A stretch of DNA of 32,000 nt from Crocosphaera subtropica ATCC 51142 (lineage in GTDB: Bacteria > Cyanobacteriota > Cyanobacteriia > Cyanobacteriales > Microcystaceae), in the NCBI RefSeq assembly GCF_000017845.1, contig NC_010546.1:510001-542000 (forward strand), written 5' to 3'. Below the pieces are notes generated by a model. The model was not told the DNA's origin. It saw only the letters and a program-made list of their open reading frames with translations, and made no database searches. Shown piece by piece: positions 1 to 8,053 of this stretch. The position numbers and the translations under genes were made by a program. Each line of letters opens with the position of its first letter. Position 1 is the first letter of the stretch.

Positions 1-569
1 CCCTTTCTACGGCCGAAATCATGGAATTAGCCATTGCGATAGAAGGTCATCCTGATAACGTAGTTCCTGCGTTGTTAGGAAATTGTCAATTATCCGTAGG
101 AGAAGCCGAAAACTGGGAAATTTGTCAAATTCCTTGGCATTCTGACATTATTCCTGTGGTGGCGATTCCTGACTTTGAATTATCCACAGAAGAAGCTAGG
201 GCAGTGTTACCGAAAACCTTATCCTATGGGGATGCTATTTTCAATATAGCTCGCATGGGATTATTAATTAGGGCTTTAGAAAGCGGTAACGAACAATGGT
301 TAAACAAAGCCATGGCCGATAAACTCCATCAACCCTATCGTCAAGGACTGATCGAAGGCTATGAATTTGTGCAAGCATCAGCCCTTAAAGCAGGGGCTTA
401 TGGTATGGTCATTAGTGGTGCAGGACCGACCCTATTAGCCTTAACCCATCCTGAAAAGATTCAATCGGTAGAAAAGGCTATGAAAAATGCCTGGACACAG
501 TTGGAGATTGTAGCAGACGTGCGATCGCTTTCTATCGATACCCAAGGAGCAAACGTTAATGCTCATTAG
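1..569 (+). CDS. thrB: Homoserine kinase, C-terminal part (5'-partial; the ORF runs off the window edge)
   Basis: The reading frame stays open upstream of the ATG at 21 (..LSTAEIMELAIAIEGHPDNVVPALLG). 'EGHPDNVxPALLG' and the GHMP-kinase motif-3-like 'ISGAGPTLLAL' are typical of ThrB. Contains a HIP1 site at 521-528. Confidence 0.8.
   Translation, partial: LSTAEIMELAIAIEGHPDNVVPALLGNCQLSVGEAENWEICQIPWHSDIIPVVAIPDFELSTEEARAVLPKTLSYGDAIFNIARMGLLIRALESGNEQWLNKAMADKLHQPYRQGLIEGYEFVQASALKAGAYGMVISGAGPTLLALTHPEKIQSVEKAMKNAWTQLEIVADVRSLSIDTQGANVNAH
521..528. repeat. HIP1 octamer GCGATCGC
   Basis: Exact palindromic match read in the sequence. Confidence 0.95.
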
Positions 570-642
570 GGTGTAAGGAACTTTTTAACCTTAACATTAC
601 TCATTTAATTTTGACTTAGCTTAACTTAATAAATTAGCCTTA

Positions 643-1392
643 ATGGTTAAAGTTAATAATGACATGATACAACAAGAGCTTTTTAAGCAATATAAAAAAG
701 AAATCGAGAGACTAAATTGCGAGTCGCCTAAAAGTTTGAATCTTTGGAATGCTATTTATTTTTTTATTCCATGGTACAGAAGCGTCCAACCTGGTGCTAA
801 TCCATTAGATGATGAAATTCCTTGGATTAGTTTTGCTGCTATTGCTTTTCTAAAAAAAAAGTTGAATAAAAAAATGCGAGTTTACGAATATGGTGTAGGG
901 GGGTCTACTATTTTTTTTGCCAAAAGAGTAAAAGAAGTCATTTCTTGTGAACATGATCCTCATTGGGGAAAAAAAGTTATTAAGCGTTTAAAAAAACTCA
1001 ACTATAAAAATTATAATATTGAAATTCGAGAACCGATTTTAAATTCTGAAGGACTAGATAGAAATCCATCAGATGTTAACTCTTATATTTCCAGTTCTCC
1101 TGATTTAAAAAATTACAGTTTTCAAGACTATGTTGAAAGCATAGAACAATATCCTGATGAATATTTTGATGTAGTTTTAATTGATGGAAGAGCTAGACCC
1201 TCTTGTCTGAAACACACCTTAAATAAGATTAAGAAAAATGGATATATTATTCTAGACAATGCGGAGAGACAAAATTATTCAGAGGCTTGCGCTATGGTAG
1301 ATAATAAAAATTATCCTAGATGGGATTTTTATAGTCCAGGACCTTATAATCTCTATTTTTGGAAAACTTGTATTTGGAAAAAGAGTAATTAA
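643..1392 (+). CDS. Class I SAM-dependent methyltransferase (polysaccharide O-methyltransferase-like)
   Basis: 249-aa ORF. Gly-rich SAM-binding strand 'VYEYGVGGSTIFFAK..EVISCEHD' and later 'DVVLIDGRAR...NGYIILDN'. The same layout recurs in the N-terminal domain of the 8054-11140 protein. Family-level call only. Confidence 0.6.
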   Translation: MVKVNNDMIQQELFKQYKKEIERLNCESPKSLNLWNAIYFFIPWYRSVQPGANPLDDEIPWISFAAIAFLKKKLNKKMRVYEYGVGGSTIFFAKRVKEVISCEHDPHWGKKVIKRLKKLNYKNYNIEIREPILNSEGLDRNPSDVNSYISSSPDLKNYSFQDYVESIEQYPDEYFDVVLIDGRARPSCLKHTLNKIKKNGYIILDNAERQNYSEACAMVDNKNYPRWDFYSPGPYNLYFWKTCIWKKSN

Positions 1393-1408
1393 TTAAGAGA
1401 AAAATGAT

Positions 1409-3235
1409 ATGACAGCAAGTTATTATGATCGGTCATTTGCCTTAAATAATCTTGATTTAAAACTAAAAGAATACTTGGATTTTGGTCGTGGTTTTTTTAT
1501 AGAAGCAGGAGGCAATGATGGTATTGCACAATCGAATACGCTCTATTTTGAAAAACATTGGAAATGGAAAGGTATTTTAATTGAACCCATTCCTGAACTT
1601 GCTGAAAAATGTAAAATTAACCGACCTAATTGTATTGTTGAAAACTGTGCTTTAGTACCATTTGACTATGATAAATCTGATATTGATATGTATTATTGTA
1701 ATTTAGTATCAATGGTCAAAGGCGCGCAAAAAACAGAAGAAGCAGAATTACAACATATTCAAAGAGGGTGTGAAGTTCAACAAATCAAGTCTTATGAATT
1801 AAAAGTACCGGCTAGAACATTAACCTCTATTCTCGATCAGTATGGAGTTAAAAATATTGATTTATTATCTTTAGATGTAGAAGGATTTGAGTTAAATGCT
1901 CTAAAAGGTCTTGATTTTGAGCGTTATCAGCCTAATTTTTTATTGATTGAAGCACGTTTTCGGCAAGAAATTGATGATTTTTTAGCTCCTTTATATGAAC
2001 CGATTGCCAATCTATCTCATCATGATGTTTTGTACAAGTCAAAGAAAAAAATTAAAGAAGAAAATAATTTTCAACTATATACCCCTGTTGTTTTTATTAT
2101 TTTTAAGCGTCCTGATGTAACTCAAGCAGTCTTTAATAAAATTGCTCAAGCAAAACCACCAAAGTTATTAGTAATAGCAGATGGTCCTCGTTCTACTGAA
2201 GAAGCTCATCTCTGTGAAGAAACTCGTTCAATTATTAATCAAGTAGATTGGGAATGCGAAGTCTTAACTAATTATTCTGATAATAATTTAGGGTGTAAAA
2301 AGAGAGTGTCTAGTGGGCTAGATTGGGTTTTTTCTGAGGTAGAAGAAGCAATAATTTTAGAAGATGATTGTCTTCCTTCAATATCATTTTTTCAATTCTG
2401 TCAAACCCTTCTAAACTATTACAGAAATGATGAACGAATTTGGTTAATTAGTGGTAATAATTTTCAAGGGGGACAAATAAGAACTGATTATAGTTATTAT
2501 TTTTCAAGATATCCTCATAATTGGGGTTGGGCAACCTGGAGAAGAGCTTGGAAACATTTTGATCTAGAGATGAAATTTTGGACACAATGTAAGGAACTGA
2601 AACTTCTTGAAACAATTTTTGAAGATCCTTATGAACAAGACTACTGGTTAGATATTCTAGAAAAAACTCATAATAATTTAATTGATAGTTGGGCTTATAT
2701 CTGGGGGTACACTTGTTGGATCAACAATGGTTTAACCATACTTCCTGAAGTAAATTTAGTTTCTAATATAGGGTTTGGGGAAGATGCTACTCATACAAAA
2801 GATATTAATAATCCTTTGGCTAATATTTCAGTTAGTAATATTATAAATATTGAACATCCACCTTACTTATGTCGACATCTAGAAGCTGATGCTTATAGCT
2901 TTAATCATATTTTTGGAGGTCAACAAATGAAGCAATTAATTAAACAGCTACAAGAAGAACTGAATCAAGCACACAACACAATTCAGAAACTTAGTGAGGA
3001 AAATAGTCAAACTAAAACTCAGTTACAAAATAGACAAACTGAGCTAGAGCAAAATGATATTAAAATCAAACAAACCCAAAATCAACTAATATTAATTAAT
3101 AGTCAATTGCAACAAATGCAAACCCAACTACAACAAGCCCAAGCACAGATAATAGCAATGGAATCTAGTAAATTTTGGAAACTACGGACCCAATGGTTAA
3201 AACTCAAAAAAAAATTAAGGTTGTCTGTAAAATAG
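1409..3235 (+). CDS. Tri-partite enzyme: FkbM-type methyltransferase, then GnT-I-like GT-A glycosyltransferase, then coiled coil with SKFWKLR tail
   Basis: aa 1-205 carry FkbM motifs 'FIEAGGNDGIAQSN' and 'LLSLDVEGFELNALKG'. aa ~224-500 form a GT-A with 'VVFIIFKRPDVT..LLVIADGPRS' and an EDD metal motif (nt 2360-2368, 'ILEDDCLPSISFF'). aa ~505-583 are Q-rich heptad-like sequence. The terminal 25 aa are MESSKFWKLRTQWLKLKKKLRLSVK. Confidence 0.75.
   Translation: MTASYYDRSFALNNLDLKLKEYLDFGRGFFIEAGGNDGIAQSNTLYFEKHWKWKGILIEPIPELAEKCKINRPNCIVENCALVPFDYDKSDIDMYYCNLVSMVKGAQKTEEAELQHIQRGCEVQQIKSYELKVPARTLTSILDQYGVKNIDLLSLDVEGFELNALKGLDFERYQPNFLLIEARFRQEIDDFLAPLYEPIANLSHHDVLYKSKKKIKEENNFQLYTPVVFIIFKRPDVTQAVFNKIAQAKPPKLLVIADGPRSTEEAHLCEETRSIINQVDWECEVLTNYSDNNLGCKKRVSSGLDWVFSEVEEAIILEDDCLPSISFFQFCQTLLNYYRNDERIWLISGNNFQGGQIRTDYSYYFSRYPHNWGWATWRRAWKHFDLEMKFWTQCKELKLLETIFEDPYEQDYWLDILEKTHNNLIDSWAYIWGYTCWINNGLTILPEVNLVSNIGFGEDATHTKDINNPLANISVSNIINIEHPPYLCRHLEADAYSFNHIFGGQQMKQLIKQLQEELNQAHNTIQKLSEENSQTKTQLQNRQTELEQNDIKIKQTQNQLILINSQLQQMQTQLQQAQAQIIAMESSKFWKLRTQWLKLKKKLRLSVK
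3158..3232 (+). repeat. Copy 1 of the conserved SKFWKLR basic amphipathic tail (C-terminal)
   Basis: Encodes MESSKFWKLRTQWLKLKKKLRLSVK. DNA core agtaaattttggaaactacgg at 3167-3187. Confidence 0.9.
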
Positions 3236-3353
3236 ACTTCATAGGCCTAACTTTGAATTCAATTCGATTAAAATCTTAAATACTTTATGAATTAATTACT
3301 TTAATATTTAACTATATTCGTTCAAAATTCTATGCAATGAGGAGTTCCAAAAA

Positions 3354-4331
3354 ATGACAAATCATTTTGAAAAATTACAACAAGAAATTGATCAACAAAC
3401 GGAAATTATTCAACAAGCTGAAAACGTTATTCTTGAATTACAAGACAAGTTACTGTTAGCTCAAGAATTAATTAGTGCAAGGGAAACGAGTAAATTCTGG
3501 AAACTGCGACAGAAGTGGTTTCACTTCAAAAAGAAATTGGGATTAGTTCAAGATGAACAACAAATCAATTGGCGTGAACAACTTGCCCTACCATCCCCTC
3601 TTGAGTTACCCAAAATGGTTGTTAATATGCCAGAAGTATACTTTTCCTCTGAGAAATATGATTCTGCTCAAGAGTATATACAACCTGATCTTGACCCCTC
3701 TCCTGTAGATTTACATTTTCAATATCTTCAATCTCAAGTTAAACCGTTTACCTTAGTTGGCACTGAAAGGATGCAAAGCCTTTATAATTTATCTCAACGA
3801 ATTGAAATAGAAAAGATTCCTGGAGATGTGATTGAATGTGGTGTGTGTAATGGGGGAACTGCAGCAATTCTTGCTCACTTTGCTACTAGGTCATTCAATT
3901 ATAATCGTACAGTTTGGCTCTTTGATTCTTTTGCAGGAATGCCAAAAACGACCGAAGAAGATGAAGAAGAAGCTAAAAAATATATTGGCAAAGATGTGGG
4001 GGACTTCAACAACGTTTTAACTATTCTTAATCTTGTCAATAGTGATATGACTAAAGTCAAAATTATAGAAGGATGGTTTGAAAATACGTTTCCAAAAGTT
4101 CATATTCCAGAAATTGCTTTACTTAATATTGATGCTGATTGGTATGCTTCAGTTAAATTTTGTCTTGAGACTTTTTATGATTTTGTTGTTCCTGGTGGTT
4201 TTATTTCCTTTGATGATTACGGACATTGGCCAGGATGCCGTAAAGCAGTTGATGAGTTTTTTAAGGAACGACAGTTATCTTATAAGCTCCATGAGGTAGA
4301 TTATACAGCGCGATGGATTCAAAAAGTTTAA
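3354..4331 (+). CDS. TylF/MycF-family (macrocin-type) sugar O-methyltransferase with an N-terminal coiled coil and SKFWKLR module
   Basis: aa 1-64 are a coiled coil plus 'RETSKFWKLRQKWFHFKKKLGL'. The rest carries TylF-like motifs 'GDVIECGVCNGGTAAILA', 'LLNIDADWYASVKFCLE' and 'GGFISFDDYGHWPGCRKAVDEF'. GAGGAG Shine-Dalgarno-like sequence upstream of the ATG. Confidence 0.75.
   Translation: MTNHFEKLQQEIDQQTEIIQQAENVILELQDKLLLAQELISARETSKFWKLRQKWFHFKKKLGLVQDEQQINWREQLALPSPLELPKMVVNMPEVYFSSEKYDSAQEYIQPDLDPSPVDLHFQYLQSQVKPFTLVGTERMQSLYNLSQRIEIEKIPGDVIECGVCNGGTAAILAHFATRSFNYNRTVWLFDSFAGMPKTTEEDEEEAKKYIGKDVGDFNNVLTILNLVNSDMTKVKIIEGWFENTFPKVHIPEIALLNIDADWYASVKFCLETFYDFVVPGGFISFDDYGHWPGCRKAVDEFFKERQLSYKLHEVDYTARWIQKV
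3480..3545 (+). repeat. Copy 2 of the SKFWKLR tail, here placed near the N-terminus
   Basis: Encodes RETSKFWKLRQKWFHFKKKLGL. DNA core agtaaattctggaaactgcga at 3489-3509. Confidence 0.9.
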
Positions 4332-4391
4332 TACTATCTTACTTGCAACTAACAACAATTTAACAACTTAGAGGAACTATTAATTAAAATT

Positions 4392-5075
4392 ATGCCTACA
4401 ATAGATTGGCTCAAACAAGAGTTTGATTATGGATACGATAGTGGTGATGTTTTATCGTTAGTCCCTAACGAAACCAGAATACAAGAAGAAAAACGAATTG
4501 GAGGTTCATATAGAGAAGTTTTTCTCAAAGCTATTCTGCCTAATCTCAAGCCCGATTCAAAAGTCTTAGAGTTAGGCCCCGGAAAAGGTTCTTGGTCAAA
4601 AGCAATTTTGAACTATATTCCTGATGGAGAATTGCAAGTGCTTGACTTTCAAGATGTTAAGCCATGGCTCAAACCAGCAACTTATGGAAGAAGATTGACT
4701 TGTCATATAGTTGAAGATAATTCTTTCTCTAAGTTAGCAGATAACTATTTTGATTTTTTTTGGTCTTTTGGTGTTTTATGTCACAATAATGTGGAAAATA
4801 TTGCAGAAATTCTAAAAAACTCTCTACCAAAGCTTAAACCCGGTTCTCTTGCTATTCATCAGTATGCTGATTGGAATAAATTAGATACTTATGGCTGGGA
4901 AAAAGGAGGGGTTCCACTTTTCTTTCAACAACAGTCTGATGATCAGATATGGTGGCCTCGCAATAATCGAGCAACGATGGAATCGATTGCTCAACAAGCA
5001 GGATGGAGTGTTATTGTTGCTGACCTGGGACTACTTCAGCGAGATTCAATGATTGTTTTACGTCGTCTTGAATAA
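4392..5075 (+). CDS. Class I SAM-dependent methyltransferase
   Basis: 227-aa ORF. Motif I 'VLELGPGKGSWS', acidic strand 'LQVLDFQD', 'FDFFWSFGVLCH' and 'LKPGSLAIHQY'. Family-level call only. Confidence 0.55.
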   Translation: MPTIDWLKQEFDYGYDSGDVLSLVPNETRIQEEKRIGGSYREVFLKAILPNLKPDSKVLELGPGKGSWSKAILNYIPDGELQVLDFQDVKPWLKPATYGRRLTCHIVEDNSFSKLADNYFDFFWSFGVLCHNNVENIAEILKNSLPKLKPGSLAIHQYADWNKLDTYGWEKGGVPLFFQQQSDDQIWWPRNNRATMESIAQQAGWSVIVADLGLLQRDSMIVLRRLE

Positions 5076-5108
5076 ACTTTTTATCACTGTTACGAATGAA
5101 AGAATACT

Positions 5109-7733
5109 ATGAAATATCTTAATTTAGGCTGTGGTTCTCACTTTCATCCTGACTGGACAAATGTTGATTTTGTCTCTACCCAAGAAGGAATCATAGCCCA
5201 TGATTTACGGCAAGGAATTCCCTTTGAAGATGCTTCTTTTGATGTGGTGTATCACTCCCATGTTTTAGAACATTTTTCTCAACGAGAAGGGAAACGATTT
5301 TTAGAAGAGTGTCATCGGGTTTTACGTCCTTATGGTTTAATTCGGGTGGTTGTCCCTGACTTAGAACAAATTGCCAAACTATACCTCAAAGCTTTAGAAA
5401 AAGCGAGTCAAGGGTCATTAGAATGGGCTGCAAATTATCATTGGATTCTCCTAGAAATGTTTGATCAAGTTGCCCGTCATCAATCTGGGGGTGAAATGGC
5501 GGCCTATTTAGCTGATGAAACCATTCCTAATGAGTCTTTTGTTATCAAACGCATTGGTGCGGAAGGAGAAAATTTAATTAAGCTGTTACGTCCCCTAAAA
5601 AGTCAGTTACAGCCTCCTTTATCTTTTAATCCTGAAACTGATGATCTTGAAGAAACAGCCTTAAAAATTGGTAAATTTCGTCTTGGGGGAGAAGTTCATC
5701 AATGGATGTATGATCGTTATTCTTTGCAACGTCTTTTAACTAAAACAGGTTTTTCTGATTTTAAAGTATGTCAAGCCAATGAGTCGAACATCCCTGATTT
5801 TAAGCAATTTGGCTTAGATGTTCAACCAGATGGTCGAGTGCGTAAACCCGACTCTTTATTTGTAGAAGCGATTAAATCTCGTCCCAACCAATGGCAACAA
5901 GCTTATATTCCCACTATGGAAAATACACAAACCCTTAAAATCCTTCAATTAAATACCGTTGATATTGCTGGAGGAGCAGCAAGAGCGGCCTATCGCTTAC
6001 ACAAAGGACTCCAACAAGCTAAGCAACATTCTCTAATGTTAGTGAATAAAAAATATTCAACGGATGAAACGGTTTGTTTGGTGCAATCTTTACCTGATGC
6101 AGAAACCTCTCAACAAATAGGAGCAACTACATTACAAACCTTTTATATCAATGAAAATCGGACTAATATTTCTAATACCTTATTCAGTTTTCCCTATCCT
6201 GGTTGGGATGTCAGTCAAGTCGAAGAAGTCCAAGAAGCTGACATTATCCAATTACATTGGGTCGCTATGTTTCAATCTCCTCAAACTGTAAAACAGTTGA
6301 GTAGCTTAGGAAAGCCTATGGTTTGGACACTCCATGATATGTGGGCTTTTACAGGAGGGTGTCATTACGCAGCAGGATGTGAGGGTTATCAATCAAGTTG
6401 TGAAAATTGTCCCCAATTAAAAGAGGATACATTTGGTTTAGCGCAAGCCATTTTACAAGATAAATTAGATATTTTATCAGGTCTAAATCTGACTATTGTT
6501 ACTCCTAGTCATTGGTTAGCTGATTGTGTGCGTAAAAGTGCTTTATTTAAACATCAGCGTATTGAAGTCATTCCAAATGGTATTGAAACGGATATATTTA
6601 TTCCCATTCCTAAAGCAAAAGCCAAAGAAAGTTTAGGCATTAAACCCAATACCTTTACGTTACTCATTGGGGCAGATAACGGTAATGAAAAGCGTAAAGG
6701 ATTTGAGGAAATGTTAAAAGCTCTTTCAGTTTGTCTTGAAGATGAAAAATTTTCTCAGGCTGTGCAACAAGAACAAGTGAAATTATTATGTTTTGGATTA
6801 CCTAATGACGAACTTAATTCCCTTGATATTCCTGTTGTTTCATTAGGGCAAATTAATTCCGATGAAAAATTAGCAGAAGTGTATTCATCAGCTGATATTT
6901 TTGTCTTACCTTCTCTAGAAGATAATCTCCCCAATACTATGTTAGAGTCTATGAGTTGTGGCACACCAGTTATAGGTTTTGAAGTCGGTGGTTTGCCAGA
7001 TGTGGTTAAAGAAAATGTAACGGGTAATTTAGTCCCTTTGGAGAATTCGTCTGCTTTAGCACAGGTGATTTTAAGTTATTTTAGAAGTCCTCAAAAAGTA
7101 GAAGATATTGGTAAAAATTGTCGTCAACTGCTCGAAGAAAACTATTCTCTCTCAGTACAAGCACAAGCTTATTTAAAGCTGTATCAAGATTTATTAGCCC
7201 ATCAAACACCTTTAAGTTATGCTGATTCTAAACAACGGTTATCATCTGAAGCTTCTTTGTCGTCTTTAGATACAACCCTAGAAGGAATTTATGTACCGAT
7301 TGAAACAGAATTTAACTCTATTTCTGGATCTATCTTTGAGTCTGTTTTACGTTATGCTTTATCACAGAAATTAGCGGAAGCTCAAGACCAAGTTAAAAAC
7401 CTTTTAGTAGAAAAACATAATCATATTCAACTGATTGGAGAATTGCGTGAAGAAGTTAAAGAACTAACAGTACAATTACAACTAAGTCAAATTGAAAAAG
7501 AATCATTACAACAGATTATTGATCAAAGAGACTTAACCATAGAAGATATTAAAGAACAACTGCATCGTAGTGAAAACAATCGACTCGATTTGTTACAGAA
7601 AATTGATCAACTACAAGAAAATCTTAATATCAGTCAAGCCACTATTGAAGGAATGGAAAGTAGTAAGTTTTGGCAATTAAGGATGCGCTTGGTTGCTCTT
7701 AAACAATTCCTTAAATTGAAAAGAACAGATTAA
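5109..7733 (+). CDS. Fusion: class I (Methyltransf_11-like) methyltransferase, then GT4 (GT-B) glycosyltransferase, then ~95-aa coiled coil with SKFWQLR tail
   Basis: N-terminus 'YLNLGCGSHFHPDWTNVD' and 'FDVVYHSHVLEHF'. GT4 part 'LKILQLNTVDIAGGAARAAYRLHKGL', 'WTLHDMWAFTGGCHY' and the EX7E region 'EDNLPNTMLESMSCGTPVIGFEVGGLPDVV'. Coiled coil from nt ~7368. Tail MESSKFWQLRMRLVALKQFLKLKRTD. Confidence 0.8.
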   Translation: MKYLNLGCGSHFHPDWTNVDFVSTQEGIIAHDLRQGIPFEDASFDVVYHSHVLEHFSQREGKRFLEECHRVLRPYGLIRVVVPDLEQIAKLYLKALEKASQGSLEWAANYHWILLEMFDQVARHQSGGEMAAYLADETIPNESFVIKRIGAEGENLIKLLRPLKSQLQPPLSFNPETDDLEETALKIGKFRLGGEVHQWMYDRYSLQRLLTKTGFSDFKVCQANESNIPDFKQFGLDVQPDGRVRKPDSLFVEAIKSRPNQWQQAYIPTMENTQTLKILQLNTVDIAGGAARAAYRLHKGLQQAKQHSLMLVNKKYSTDETVCLVQSLPDAETSQQIGATTLQTFYINENRTNISNTLFSFPYPGWDVSQVEEVQEADIIQLHWVAMFQSPQTVKQLSSLGKPMVWTLHDMWAFTGGCHYAAGCEGYQSSCENCPQLKEDTFGLAQAILQDKLDILSGLNLTIVTPSHWLADCVRKSALFKHQRIEVIPNGIETDIFIPIPKAKAKESLGIKPNTFTLLIGADNGNEKRKGFEEMLKALSVCLEDEKFSQAVQQEQVKLLCFGLPNDELNSLDIPVVSLGQINSDEKLAEVYSSADIFVLPSLEDNLPNTMLESMSCGTPVIGFEVGGLPDVVKENVTGNLVPLENSSALAQVILSYFRSPQKVEDIGKNCRQLLEENYSLSVQAQAYLKLYQDLLAHQTPLSYADSKQRLSSEASLSSLDTTLEGIYVPIETEFNSISGSIFESVLRYALSQKLAEAQDQVKNLLVEKHNHIQLIGELREEVKELTVQLQLSQIEKESLQQIIDQRDLTIEDIKEQLHRSENNRLDLLQKIDQLQENLNISQATIEGMESSKFWQLRMRLVALKQFLKLKRTD
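7653..7730 (+). repeat. Copy 3 of the SKFW(K/Q)LR tail (C-terminal, most divergent copy)
   Basis: Encodes MESSKFWQLRMRLVALKQFLKLKRTD. DNA core agtaagttttggcaattaagg at 7662-7682. Confidence 0.85.
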
Positions 7734-7770
7734 TAAGAAATAAAACCCGTGTAACCGAGTTTTATCCTAA

Positions 7771-7974
7771 TGTCGTCAGAATACCACATCTTCTCAAAAA
7801 GTTGGGAAAGATAGAGAATGGACTTGCCCAGAATGCCATACACATCACGATAGGGACATAAACGCCTGTTGGAATTTGCTTCAATTCTCTGATTCAAAAA
7901 TACCGTTGGAAGAACGGAAATCTACGCCTAACCAAACTGTTGAAATGCAGTGCATCAAGAGCGTTAGTTCTTGA
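7771..7974 (+). pseudogene. Decayed 3' fragment of an IS200/IS605-family tnpB (OrfB, RuvC/Zn-finger C-terminus)
   Basis: My hand translation of this frame gives [39 protein letters not shown]...[11 protein letters not shown]. 'REWTCPxCxxxHDRDINAxxN' is the hallmark TnpB C-terminal zinc-finger/RuvC-III motif. Only ~67 codons remain, the first CxxC appears to be deleted, and a stop lies immediately upstream (7768-7770). Confidence 0.65.
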
Positions 7975-7984
7975 GGGTAGGAAG

Positions 7985-8011
7985 CCCCACTCTCAACGGA
8001 GTAGGGTGGGG
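7985..8011 (+). other. GC-rich hairpin just 3' of the tnpB remnant (IS right-end or omega-RNA-scaffold-like; possible bidirectional terminator)
   Basis: ccccactct (7985-7993) pairs with agggtgggg (8003-8011). This gives a 9-bp stem with one G-U pair and a 9-nt loop. It lies between convergent stops at 7733 (+) and 8054 (-). Confidence 0.45.
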
Positions 8012-8053
8012 TACTTCACTTCTATAGTCTAACCATGATTTTTAATGTTAGAG

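Noticed and set aside
2921-3157. Gln-rich stretches (for example QLQQMQTQLQQAQAQ) as simple low-complexity, prion-like or tandem-repeat DNA.
   Set aside because: At the DNA level there is no exact tandem repeat unit. The amino-acid pattern keeps heptad-like spacing of Leu/Ile. The segment always sits directly before the conserved tail, so a coiled-coil spacer is the better explanation.
852-3214. Homopolymer tracts inside transferase genes as possible slipped-strand phase-variation switches. Examples are A9 at 852-860, T8 at 911-918, A9 at 3206-3214, T8 at 4754-4761, T8 at 18399-18406 and A8 at 23125-23132.
   Set aside because: The tracts are short (9 nt or fewer) and consist of A/T in a very AT-rich, Lys/Phe-rich coding context where such runs arise by chance (AAA and TTT codons). 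Phase variation through poly-A/T tracts of this length is not established for cyanobacteria. Population-level resequencing would be needed to revive the idea.
3832-4299. Small ORFs from the six-frame track nested inside larger genes: 3832-4020, 4078-4299, 6755-6964(-), 8274-8456, 14109-14336, 19514-19789(-), 23856-24080(-), 26510-26734(-), 26641-26874(-), 28863-29099 and 29496-29681(-).
   Set aside because: Each lies wholly or almost wholly inside a long ORF that has clear family motifs, in an alternative frame or on the opposite strand. Their translations are low-complexity (Leu/Phe/Lys/Ile-rich) with no recognisable motif. This is the expected by-product of AT-rich coding DNA.
7771-7974. 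A functional TnpB nuclease or active IS element.
   Set aside because: Only ~67 codons of the C-terminus remain. The frame is closed by a stop immediately upstream. The first CxxC of the zinc finger appears deleted. No tnpA, left end or N-terminal TnpB sequence is present, so I recorded it as a pseudogene remnant only.
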